This document shows, in pieces, positions 1-7,733 of a stretch of DNA of 30,525 nucleotides; the first letter of the stretch is position 1; each line of letters begins with the position of its first letter. Below the pieces are notes generated by a model. The model saw only the letters and a program-made list of their open reading frames with translations, made no database searches and was not told the origin of the DNA. This DNA is from Candidatus Bipolaricaulia bacterium (GTDB lineage: Bacteria > Bipolaricaulota > Bipolaricaulia > JBHIAT01), in NCBI GenBank assembly GCA_046758705.1, contig JBHIAT010000023.1, forward strand, positions 1-30,525, read 5' to 3'. Position numbers and translations under genes: made by a program.

Positions 1-103
1 CTTTGGCAAAGTTTCCTCTGCTGGTTACTTTATAGATATCACTGACGATCTTCCGGGCCTCTCCCCAGGCTCTGATATCTTCAAATCGCTCGATTTTTGC
101 CAT
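1..103 (-). CDS. Four-helix-bundle protein (TIGR02436 / 23S rRNA IVP-like), 5' part; runs off the window
   Basis: Manual translation gives MAKIERFEDIRAWGEARKIVSDIYKVTSRGNFAK, closely similar to the N-terminus of the 5431 paralog. Confidence 0.85.
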   Translation of the reverse strand, partial: MAKIERFEDIRAWGEARKIVSDIYKVTSRGNFAK

Positions 104-109
104 TCTGTT

Positions 110-148
110 CTAGACTCTTGATACCCAACTCTGGGCCCTCTGACTCTC
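110..148. repeat. Degenerate heptamer array (GACTC-type on +) just upstream of the four-helix-bundle gene
   Basis: tagactc ttgatac ccaactc tgggccc tctgactc. Confidence 0.45.
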
Positions 149-247
149 TATATGCGCTGAAGCCAAAGGCCCGTATGGGCAACTGAGGCTAAGCATAGTT
201 GTACGCCCTACAGTATGATGTGGATGGGGGTTTACCGACAACGATCC

Positions 248-499
248 CTAAGGGTCTTCCGTTCCATAGACCTGCCGCAGTGCTTCCCGCCAGCGCTCCG
301 GAGGCGCTAGCCGCACCGCCCTCGCTAGACCTTCGTTCGTTAATAGCAAAGCCAGCAATCGCTCTCTCATCCCGTGACGATACGGGGGATCAAAGAGATA
401 GCCGTCCACCCATTCAAACTTCTCCGGCACCAACGCTAAGAACTGTTCATAGGTGATCGGTGCCGGTGACACATCAGGTATCGGCCAGGTTTCTTCCAT
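248..499 (-). CDS. Small protein resembling the Uma2 N-terminal region, without a nuclease core
   Basis: ITYEQFLALVPEKFEWVDG resembles the Uma2 N-terminal motif; no PD-(D/E)xK segment follows. Confidence 0.6.
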   Translation of the reverse strand: MEETWPIPDVSPAPITYEQFLALVPEKFEWVDGYLFDPPYRHGMRERLLALLLTNEGLARAVRLAPPERWREALRQVYGTEDP

Positions 500-509
500 G
501 GTATATCTG

Positions 510-1154
510 TTAGCCTCCTCCTATCAGCTCTCTGAAGCACTCAGCGACGGACGGAAGGGGATCCTGAAACAGCCAGCTGGCTTCCACCCAGAAGCCGGAG
601 ACAGAACGGCTTTCGACCTTCCCCGAGGTGACACGCTCCACCTCAAACCTCTCCTCCTTGAGCCGATGCACCAAGATCTCTTTCCGCTCCATGTCCACCG
701 CCCAATACTCTGAGATCCCAGCCTCACGATAGTCCTCTGCCTTCTCTTTGAGATCGATCGTCCGGGTGGACGGGCTGATGACCTCCACCACCAGGGCGGG
801 CCGGACCTCTAGCGGCACCCCTTTTGCCTTCGGGACCTCCTCGGGCGGCAACACAAACAGGTCCGGCTCCCGGATCACATCTGGAAGGACCTGAACCGCC
901 GCCGGACCAGTCAACACCTTCCCCCATCCCCGCGCCTCGCAGTATCCAGCCAAAAGTCGATAAAGGAAACCTACAAGATCCTGATGCTCAGCAGTCGCCG
1001 GCGAATACATCACCACCTCCCCCTGCACGAACTCCCAGATCAGATGCTCCGGCGCCTCCTTCAGGTAGCGCTCCAGGGACCAGCCTCCAAGGCGCACCAC
1101 ATAGGGCTCGCGAAGGAGTTCCTTCCGCTCGTCCACCACCATCACCTTCATCAC
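510..1154 (-). CDS. Uma2 family (PD-(D/E)xK) endonuclease
   Basis: Motifs EFVQGEVVMYSPA..H, REPDLFV, PALVVEVISPST..DLKEK..Y...GISEYW; RBS GGAGGTG. Confidence 0.9.
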   Translation of the reverse strand: MMKVMVVDERKELLREPYVVRLGGWSLERYLKEAPEHLIWEFVQGEVVMYSPATAEHQDLVGFLYRLLAGYCEARGWGKVLTGPAAVQVLPDVIREPDLFVLPPEEVPKAKGVPLEVRPALVVEVISPSTRTIDLKEKAEDYREAGISEYWAVDMERKEILVHRLKEERFEVERVTSGKVESRSVSGFWVEASWLFQDPLPSVAECFRELIGGG

Positions 1155-1280
1155 ACCTCACCTCCGCTCGACCATGAAAACCTTGCAAACTTCCCAGAAT
1201 TTAGCGGTCCCAAGGGACATTTGCCTTCCTCGCCGCATATCGCTTCGCTTCCTTGTCCCGTCCCTTCAGACAGGTTCAGA

Positions 1281-1844
1281 TCAAAAGACCTCCTGGAGAT
1301 CGATCTCTAACCCTTTGAGTAGAGGAGAGTTGAGCACTTCGCTGCGTTGATACACCCTGACCGTTTCGAACCCTTGCTCCCCCTGTGCGAACACCTCGAC
1401 CGTCTTCGCTTCAGGATCGACGAGCCAATACTCCACTACGCCATGGCGGGCATATAAGGTCTTCTTGTATCCTCGATCCCGCTCCGCGGTCCCTGGGGAG
1501 AGAATCTCCACCACTAAGTCTGGTGCTCCCCGAATCTCTTCTTCGGTAATCACATGGGAACGTTCCTTCGAGACATAGAGGATATCCGGCTGGGCAACCT
1601 TGTCTTCCCCCTCCTCGATGAAGTGGACGTCAAAGGGAGCATCAAGGACAATCCCAAGGTCGTTCTGTTGCACGAAGTTTCTCAGCAAAAATTCAAGGTT
1701 ACCTGAAATTCGTTGGTGTTCAAAACTGGGTGACGGAACCATGACTAACTCTCCTTCCAACAGCTCGTAGCGTTCGGCCTCAGATTCGGGCAGGCTTTTA
1801 TAGTCCTGGTAGGTGTACTTGATCTTGGTCCTCGGCTTGGCCAT
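1281..1844 (-). CDS. Uma2 family endonuclease
   Basis: Motifs YELLEGEL, QPDILYV, GAPDLVVEILSPGT..D...K..LYARHGVVEYWLVDP; start reassigned to ATG 1844. Confidence 0.92.
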   Translation of the reverse strand: MAKPRTKIKYTYQDYKSLPESEAERYELLEGELVMVPSPSFEHQRISGNLEFLLRNFVQQNDLGIVLDAPFDVHFIEEGEDKVAQPDILYVSKERSHVITEEEIRGAPDLVVEILSPGTAERDRGYKKTLYARHGVVEYWLVDPEAKTVEVFAQGEQGFETVRVYQRSEVLNSPLLKGLEIDLQEVF

Positions 1845-1908
1845 TGTCTCCACCCCTATTTGCCAAGTTATAATTTCTTGGGCTTCCAGATTGTCTGACT
1901 TGTGATTT

Positions 1909-1938
1909 ATCATAAGGAGATTACCTGTGGGTTGTCAA
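1909..1938 (-). promoter_or_regulatory. Sigma70-type promoter for the Uma2 genes
   Basis: TTGACA-N18-TATGAT on the minus strand. Confidence 0.6.
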
Positions 1939-1962
1939 ACAGAACTCAAACGATACTTACTA

Positions 1963-2247
1963 TCAGGGTGAGGATATGCTGATCTTGACCTTCTTATCCT
2001 TCAAAATCTGGACGTACTCTGGTCTCCTTATCTCGCATTGGATAAGCTTTCCGAACTGTTCTTCGTTAAGCCTGAGCTGTTGCCGAATGTAATGAGGGAG
2101 CCTGCCTTTAAGCTCCCCTCGTCCGTGGGGGACCTTGGTCCAGAGGACAAGGCGCTCTCCGCACCGGAAGAAGGCTAACGTATCCCTTCCCTCACGGATC
2201 CGCATCCCAAGCTTCTCAAAGGCACGGAGCACCTCGCTGACCTTCAT
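1963..2247 (-). CDS. HicA-like toxin
   Basis: 94 aa and basic; MKVSEVLRAFEKLG...VPHG...IRQQLRL pattern; start overlaps the upstream stop (ATGA). Confidence 0.6.
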   Translation of the reverse strand: MKVSEVLRAFEKLGMRIREGRDTLAFFRCGERLVLWTKVPHGRGELKGRLPHYIRQQLRLNEEQFGKLIQCEIRRPEYVQILKDKKVKISISSP

Positions 2248-2561
2248 GGCTTTTGGGTGCTTTGAACCACTTGAGAGAGATATCGCCAGATGGCTAGGGC
2301 CTCACCGGTCAGGTGATCCTGACTTTCTTGCAATTCAAGGTAGAGATCAGCCACAGTTCGTCGCAGATCGCTCAAGGCCGCAAGCTCGGTCTCTCCATAG
2401 CCGAAGAGTTCTAGATCATAAGCGTAGGCCACCACCTGATCCGCATCCGGATCGTACTCTAGGGAGATGGCAATAGGAGCGGTCAAGGACAGATCTGGCT
2501 GATGAAGGCTGTAGAGAAGCACCGGCTTGCTGGCAATCGTCGCACCCTCCCTCTTTCTCAT
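2244..2561 (-). CDS. HicB-like antitoxin (RNase H-like fold)
   Basis: VVAYAYDLELFGYGETELAALSDL motif; acidic; RBS AAGGAGGTG; coupled to the HicA-like gene. Confidence 0.65.
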   Translation of the reverse strand: MRKREGATIASKPVLLYSLHQPDLSLTAPIAISLEYDPDADQVVAYAYDLELFGYGETELAALSDLRRTVADLYLELQESQDHLTGEALAIWRYLSQVVQSTQKP

Positions 2562-2694
2562 AAGCCCACCTCCTTATTCATTCTCATTCTGTTGGATAGC
2601 CTGTTTGCCGTTCCCTTCGGGTCGGTTTGGCTCATCCTCCGGCCATCCCATGATCAGTTCCCGACCCACCACCCGCAACATCGTCATCCGATCC

Positions 2695-2800
2695 GTAGTC
2701 CATAGTCAGCTATCCATAGTCGGTTGGTCCATCGTCGAGAGTTCAGAGTCAAAAACACAGCCAGGGAGTCGTGAGTCATCAGTCGAAAATCCAAAGAGCT
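2695..2800. repeat. Heptamer micro-repeat array (GAGTC/TAGTC-type on +)
   Basis: 2746-2792 matches 3957-4003 at 42/47 positions. Confidence 0.7.
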
Positions 2801-2866
2801 GATCCCGTAGCAATGAATGCTGCCCAGCTAAAGTCTGGACCTGGGGCAGCCATAATTTGGTCACCC

Positions 2867-2895
2867 ATGAATCCTTGACTCACGACCCCAGACTC
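2867..2895. repeat. Heptamer array in inverted orientation (GACTC-type)
   Basis: atgaatc cttgact cacgacc ccagact c. Confidence 0.55.
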
Positions 2896-2995
2896 TGTCG
2901 CCTCACTCACCAAGAGCACCACCCTGTGCCGGTAATACTTCAAGAGTGTGGCCCATTAATAGCACAAATGTTAGGATTTTGCAAACGCAAACGCA

Positions 2996-3040
2996 GGGTT
3001 CGTAGGGTTCATGGAGTTTGTTGGGTTCATAGGGTTCTTC
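2996..3040. repeat. Five-unit 9-bp tandem array (GGGTTCRTN)
   Basis: gggttcgta gggttcatg gagtttgtt gggttcata gggttcttc. Confidence 0.8.
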
Positions 3041-3093
3041 AATCTATTCACCGTTTTCTTCGAGCAACTCTTTTAAGGACTGAATCGGAGAAA

Positions 3094-3134
3094 GGTCATG
3101 AGTCCAGAGTCGAGAGTCCTGGGTCATGAGTCAT
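3094..3134. repeat. Heptamer array (GAGTC-type)
   Basis: ggtcat gagtcca gagtcga gagtcct gggtcat gagtcat. Confidence 0.75.
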
Positions 3135-3156
3135 TTGCTCATCACGTCTTCTCTCC

Positions 3157-3534
3157 CTAGTCGGAATTCCTTTCGATACGCACTCTGTTAGCTTTATAGT
3201 CTAACTCAACTACATACCCCTTCAGGAATGCAGTCCCAATAAGGACATCTTCTGATCTGGTCAACAGAATATCTACGTCCATTGTGACCCCGTCCCATTC
3301 TGCTCGTCCGGCGAAGAGTAGCTCGTCCTCCACAATCGTCCCATCAGCCAATTCCGTGTGGGTCACGTCGATGAGCTCCAGACCCAAGGAGACCGCTAAG
3401 GGGATCGGCAGACACAGAAAGCCATCAAAACCGGTGTCCAGGATCCCTTCGACCGTGACTTCCTCACCACCTCTACCGATGACCTTAATTGCTAAGACGG
3501 GTGTTCCCGCCCCCCGAATGGTCCCCTCGATCAT
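3157..3534 (-). CDS. Clan AA (retropepsin-like) aspartic protease, AF_0612-like
   Basis: ILDTGF catalytic motif, LADG, and C-terminal LIGTAFL. Confidence 0.88.
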   Translation of the reverse strand: MIEGTIRGAGTPVLAIKVIGRGGEEVTVEGILDTGFDGFLCLPIPLAVSLGLELIDVTHTELADGTIVEDELLFAGRAEWDGVTMDVDILLTRSEDVLIGTAFLKGYVVELDYKANRVRIERNSD

Positions 3535-3803
3535 CGACGCCCCTTAAAAGTATAAGCGGTTCGATAGCCGATCCTGCCCAGGAAAAAGATCTTATCCGGA
3601 TGCTTGGCTCGGGCCTTTTGGGTGGCCTCAATCGCCGTATCACCCATGAAATAATCCCCGGAGTCAACCTCAATAGTGATGAATTGGCCAAAATGCTCCT
3701 CTGCCAACTCCTTAGGGATGGCCTCCAAGATCCTTTGACCCTTCTTAGAGATCTCATGGATATCGGGCAGCTCTTGGACCTGCTGCGTCATTAGAAACAC
3801 CAC
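3531..3803 (-). CDS. Small DUF5678-like protein coupled to the aspartic protease
   Basis: HFGQFITIEVDSGDYFMG...A...AR.KHPD..F..RIG motif; 4-bp overlap with the protease gene. Confidence 0.7.
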   Translation of the reverse strand: MVFLMTQQVQELPDIHEISKKGQRILEAIPKELAEEHFGQFITIEVDSGDYFMGDTAIEATQKARAKHPDKIFFLGRIGYRTAYTFKGRR

Positions 3804-3914
3804 CTCTCACCTTCCGTGGACGCTCTAGACTGTGAGCAATCACGCCGGCCCAATAACCGGGATCGAATCGCTTCCAGTATATCTTTTGCCAGCTCCTGAG
3901 GCAAAGCCCCTCTT

Positions 3915-4014
3915 AAGTCCAGAGTCATGAGTCCAAAGTCATGCGCCCAGAGTCGTGAGTCAAAAACACAGTCAGGAAGTCGTGAGTCATCAGTCAAGAG
4001 TCCGAGTTCCTTAG
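3915..4014. repeat. Heptamer array (GAGTC-type) directly downstream of the four-helix-bundle remnant
   Basis: aagtcca gagtcat gagtcca aagtcat gcgccca gagtcgt gagtcaa ... Confidence 0.8.
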
Positions 4015-4113
4015 TCATCCGTCTGCTCCTTTCAAATAGCGTATGAAACCGGAGATCAACCTGGCCACCTCATCAGCTTCGTTGTACAAGTCCCTGAATT
4101 CTTCATCGCTTAG
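4015..4113 (-). pseudogene. C-terminal remnant of a four-helix-bundle gene
   Basis: Translates to LSDEEFRDLYNEADEVARLISGFIRYLKGADG*, like the paralog's C-terminal helix; the 5' part is replaced by IS DNA. Confidence 0.8.
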
Positions 4114-4600
4114 CGATTATGGGGAGCACGAGGGGCTATAAGCCTCCTGGATTGATCCATGGGGATACAAGGGATTCGTGGATCCCTCGTAACCGCCGTT
4201 AGTCGGTTGATCTCTTCACCTGACTGACCTGCTAAGAATCGAGGGATCATTGTGACAACGTTCACCCTTCGCTGACGACATCTGTCGTGGCACGGGGTAG
4301 CCGGTTCGATTACGATGTAATAAGGCACAGGATGGGGTTGTGGGGTCTTGTTGAAAGACAGCCCTGCCGAGAGTAGAGGACTAGGAAAAGATAAGATCCA
4401 GATCCATGCGAAAGACCTTCAAATACAGACTCTACCCAACACCTAAGCAAGTTGAGATCCTCCAAGCCTGGCTCGGTATCTGTAGAGAGATCTACAACGC
4501 GGGTCTGCAAGAGCGACGCACCGCCTGGAAACAGTTTGGCCGTTCGGTCTGTCTCTCGGTTCAGAAAGTTCAGCTTCTTGGGTTGAAGCAGGATATCCCG
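4114..4600 (+). mobile_element. Truncated IS200/IS605-family element (left end plus 5' tnpB)
   Basis: Subterminal hairpin-like AAGCCTCCTGGATTGATCCATGGGG (~4140-4164) followed by a TnpB N-terminus. Confidence 0.65.
4406..4600 (+). pseudogene. tnpB: TnpB N-terminal fragment (~65 aa, no RuvC)
   Basis: MRKTFKYRLYPTPKQ...LGICREIYNAGLQER is the TnpB HTH start; similarity stops at KQDIP. Confidence 0.85.
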
Positions 4601-4841
4601 CCGGCAGATCGGGCCCCGTCTTCATCTGGAACGGCGCGCTCAGCAGCATCCCCAAATCCCGGACTTCGACAAAGATACCCAGGACCCTGGTGAGAAAGTC
4701 CGCCAACTCTTGATGCCTCTTTGATGCAGGTGATAGCACGATAACCTCCCCATCGACCCACTCCGCCCAGGTGTCCTCATCACACCAGGCCAAAAACTCT
4801 TCATAAGTCAGCCTCTCAGTCGGTACTTCGAGCTTAGCCAT
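4601..4841 (-). pseudogene. Uma2 endonuclease, 3'-truncated
   Basis: LTYEEFL...AEWVDGEVIVLSPAS..H...SAPFQMKTGPDLP, then the frame runs into antisense tnpB before the catalytic EPD motif. Confidence 0.8.
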
Positions 4842-4876
4842 CTTTACCAACCTCCCAAGGATCTATTCGCTGCTCA

Positions 4877-4905
4877 ATTATACAACTTCTTGACCCTGTG
4901 CCCAA
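4877..4905 (-). promoter_or_regulatory. Sigma70-type promoter
   Basis: TTGGGC-N17-TATAAT abutting the 9-bp array. Confidence 0.5.
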
Positions 4906-4907
4906 AC

Positions 4908-5063
4908 GGTTCATCGGTTCGTGGAGTTCGTGGGGTTTATTGGGTTCGTGGGGTTTATTGGGTTCGTGGGGTTTATTGGGTTCGTGGGGTTTATTGGGTT
5001 CGTGGGGTTCATCGGGTTCGTGGGGTTCATCGGGTTCGTGGGGTTCATCGGGTTCGTGGGGTT
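4908..5063. repeat. About 17 copies of a 9-bp unit (GGGTTCGTG / GGGTTTATT / GGGTTCATC; 18-bp superperiod)
   Basis: Directly visible tandem array reaching the four-helix-bundle stop codon. Confidence 0.95.
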
Positions 5064-5431
5064 AGTCGGCGTTCTTGAGGTAGGTGATGAATCGGGAGAT
5101 CTGTTTGGAGACGACCTCCAGCTTCTTAATAGATGTTATCAAATTCTTCCTGGGAGATGTACCCTTGATCAAGGGCGGTGTACCGTTGGCTTTGAACTTC
5201 CGCCGCCGAGCCCTTGGCTACGAACAGAAATTGGATAAATTCCTTGTTGGAATGCCGGGAGAAGCCTTCTGCTATGTTTGAAGGGATAGAAATTGCCGCC
5301 CTCCTGATCTGATCTTTCAAGCTGAAATCCTGGGCGAAACTTCCTCGGCCGGTGACGTTATAAATGTTGTTGACAACCTCCCGAGCCTCCCCCCACGCGC
5401 GGATGTCCTCAAATCGTTCAATTTTCGACAT
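5062..5431 (-). pseudogene. Four-helix-bundle protein (TIGR02436-like) with a 1-bp frameshift near 5128
   Basis: FEDIRAW..A, DQIRRAAISIPSNIAEG, FLFVAKGSAAEV motifs; removing one base restores IYKKLEVVSKQISRFITYLKNAD*. Confidence 0.85.
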
Positions 5432-5444
5432 GCAGGCAGTTCTA

Positions 5445-5489
5445 CCCGAACCCTATGAACCCTAAGAACTCAACGAACCCCACGAACCT
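5445..5489. repeat. Five-unit 9-bp array, reverse complement of the 4908-5063 and 2996-3040 arrays
   Basis: cccgaaccc tatgaaccc taagaactc aacgaaccc cacgaacct. Confidence 0.85.
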
Positions 5490-5493
5490 TAAA

Positions 5494-5610
5494 GTCCGGA
5501 TCATATTCGATTTTCATTGCGTTTCACCTCTCGGGAAATCTTTACCATATCTGGCTTTGACAGTGAGTAATAATTAGCTTCTGAGTCTCTTTCAGGTCCA
5601 TGGCAACTTT
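5494..5610 (-). pseudogene. Debris of a probable DUF4258/DUF2283-type toxin-antitoxin pair
   Basis: RBS GAGGTGA plus MKIEYDPD (DUF2283-like start, ATG 5517) breaks at the 9-bp array; it overlaps the stop of an upstream fragment ...TVKARYGKDFPRGETQ*. Confidence 0.45.
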
Positions 5611-5826
5611 AACTTAGTCCACCCGCACCTCAAGACCGGCCAGAAGTTTGGAGTGGACTCTTTCGCTTGGCTCCTGAGTGTTCTGCTTCACGGTGAGGTC
5701 TGGCTGAGCGATACACGGGTTTTCCTCACCACTCGCACGTCATGGGATCACGCTCCTCGGCGGTTGAATTCACGGCCTGTTCTTCGGTATGATACCTAAC
5801 AGATCTTTTCCCGAAAGGCACGAACT

Positions 5827-7011
5827 GTGGGACGAGTGGAGCAGCTCGGCTGGGGTCTCCTGTTCTTCGGTCTCCCCTGGGGCAACGGAACGATCGGGCT
5901 CCTGCTTCTGATGATCTCCCGGGCGATCGGACGTTTGAGACGGAGGGCAGGGGTCCAGGAGGCGGACGGAGGGAGCGCCGCGGCGGGCACCCTGGCAGGA
6001 TTGAGAAAGCTTTTGTATGTGATGATCCTGTTCATGGGGATCTCGGCACTGCTTTCTTCAAACCCTCTAATCGCAAGTCTCAACACGTTAGCCTTCTATT
6101 TAGTGATCCGGTTCGCATTCCTGGCGATCCCACGGTTGATCGCCGCGGCACGGTTCTTCAGGGGGATGCTCTGGGTCTTTGCGGCTTCGGCGTTCCTGTC
6201 ATCTCTATACAGCTTGTATCGCCACTTCTTCGAGGGCACGATCCAGGCGAGAACCCTGCTGAAGGAGCAGAATGCCTTTGGAACGTTAATGATCGCCGGA
6301 TTTTTCATCGCCCTCGGGCTGTTCTTCACGCTCAGGGGAAATCGCTGGCGGTATCTGCTGCTCCCAGTCTGGGGGGCGACGCTCACCGGGCTGATCTTCT
6401 CGCTCAGTCGCGGATCCTGGGCCGGTTTTATCGCCGGTGGGCTTGCGTTCGTGTTCGCTGTGGTGAAGAGGTTTCCGACCAAAAGAGCGCTGGCGATCAC
6501 CGCCGTCTTCCTGGTGCTGCTCTCCCTGGCCGTCTCCCTGGTCATGTGGCAGGTTACACCGTTGCGCAACCGGATGAACAGTGTCCTCGACCTGAACTCA
6601 GGCGAGGGGAGATTCTACTTGTGGACGAGCACGTTACGCATGTCCACAGAATCGTTCTTCTTCGGTGTGGGAACCGGGCTCTACCCGTTCGTGTATCCGC
6701 TGTATCGGCTTCCTGAAGGTCCTCCCGATAATCCCCCACCCCCCTTCGCCCACAACCTGTTCCTCCAGCAGCTGGCCGAGCAGGGACTCATCGGGGCAGC
6801 GCTGTTTGTTGCGATCGTTCTCGCTATCCTCTACCGAGGGATCCAGGGGTTGCGGTTCCGTGCCCCTTGGGCCTGGGGGGGGCTGGCCGCGTTCATCGGT
6901 TACCTCGTCCACGACCAGGTGGACAACATCCTCTATGACTATGACATGCTCATCCTCTTCTGGCTACTTGCCGGGATGTTCCTGTTTGCCCCTTCGATTG
7001 CTGAGGAATGA
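5827..7011 (+). CDS. O-antigen ligase (WaaL/Wzy_C) family membrane protein
   Basis: Multi-TM; motifs SLSRGSW, GRFYLW, GVGTGLY, AHNLFLQ..AEQG. Confidence 0.88.
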   Translation: MGRVEQLGWGLLFFGLPWGNGTIGLLLLMISRAIGRLRRRAGVQEADGGSAAAGTLAGLRKLLYVMILFMGISALLSSNPLIASLNTLAFYLVIRFAFLAIPRLIAAARFFRGMLWVFAASAFLSSLYSLYRHFFEGTIQARTLLKEQNAFGTLMIAGFFIALGLFFTLRGNRWRYLLLPVWGATLTGLIFSLSRGSWAGFIAGGLAFVFAVVKRFPTKRALAITAVFLVLLSLAVSLVMWQVTPLRNRMNSVLDLNSGEGRFYLWTSTLRMSTESFFFGVGTGLYPFVYPLYRLPEGPPDNPPPPFAHNLFLQQLAEQGLIGAALFVAIVLAILYRGIQGLRFRAPWAWGGLAAFIGYLVHDQVDNILYDYDMLILFWLLAGMFLFAPSIAEE

Positions 7012-7121
7012 CGATTGATATAGCACCCTAACCTGACAAGGTTCTCCCCTGCCTCATGACGGATGTCGTTGCCCGATCTCGGAACCGGGGGTAAGCTTGA
7101 CATACAACGATAAGGAGGTAG

Positions 7122-7712
7122 ATGGGAATGCGGAAACGACTTCTCCTATGGGGCACATGTGGGGAGGTGTTGCTGATGCTCGTCCTCGCCACTCCGGCGC
7201 TGGCCGAGCGGGAGGTGGTAATCAACGAGATCGCCTGGATGGGAACGGCAGCCAGCCCGTTTGACGAATGGATCGAGCTCAAGAACAACACGGATCAAGA
7301 GATCGACCTGACAGGTTGGAGACTGGTGGCGGACGATGCGAGCCCGGAGATTATGCTTGAAGGGACGATCCCGGCAGATAGTTTCTACTTGCTGGAGCGA
7401 TCCGACGATCTGACCGTCGGCGATATCGAGGCCGATTTGATCTATGCCGGAGGGTTGTCGAATGCCGGAGAGGTATTGCGGTTGTTCGACGGAGATGGCC
7501 ACCTGATCGATACGGCCAACTTGGGCGGCCGAGCGTGGTATGCTGGGGCCGTGGACGGTTACGTAACGATGGAACGAGTCGATCCCGAAGCAGCGGACAT
7601 TCCGGAGAACTGGGCAAGCAACGACGGTGCGTGGACGACCGGTCTGGACACCCAAGAGAGATCGCTCCGGGGGACACCGAAGGCGGAAAACTCGGCAACG
7701 GTAAACAACTAG
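7122..7712 (+). CDS. Secreted lamin-tail-domain protein
   Basis: Signal peptide (ALA-E); VVINEIAWMG, EWIELKN, IDLTGWRL, GTPKAENS. Confidence 0.88.
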   Translation: MGMRKRLLLWGTCGEVLLMLVLATPALAEREVVINEIAWMGTAASPFDEWIELKNNTDQEIDLTGWRLVADDASPEIMLEGTIPADSFYLLERSDDLTVGDIEADLIYAGGLSNAGEVLRLFDGDGHLIDTANLGGRAWYAGAVDGYVTMERVDPEAADIPENWASNDGAWTTGLDTQERSLRGTPKAENSATVNN

Positions 7713-7733
7713 AGGATCGGGGAGGGAACGGAT

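Noticed and set aside
4110-4328. tnpA remnant divergent from tnpB
   Set aside because: Only a faint YYIVI resemblance; no HUH motif or catalytic Tyr segment.
4406-4693. Functional TnpB or novel compact nuclease
   Set aside because: Only ~65 N-terminal residues remain; no RuvC and no right end/omega RNA.
4908-5063. CRISPR array
   Set aside because: The units are contiguous 9-bp repeats with no unique spacers, and there are no cas genes.
4890-5238. ORFs with GFVGFI / VRGVYW repeats as real proteins
   Set aside because: They are translations of the DNA tandem repeat, lack an RBS and run antisense into the four-helix-bundle gene.
1-5492. Diversity-generating retroelement, suggested by the Avd-like proteins
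   Set aside because: No reverse transcriptase and no adenine-specific TR/VR pair in the window.
248-5760. Classical integron
   Set aside because: No tyrosine recombinase and no recognisable attC R''/R' structure.
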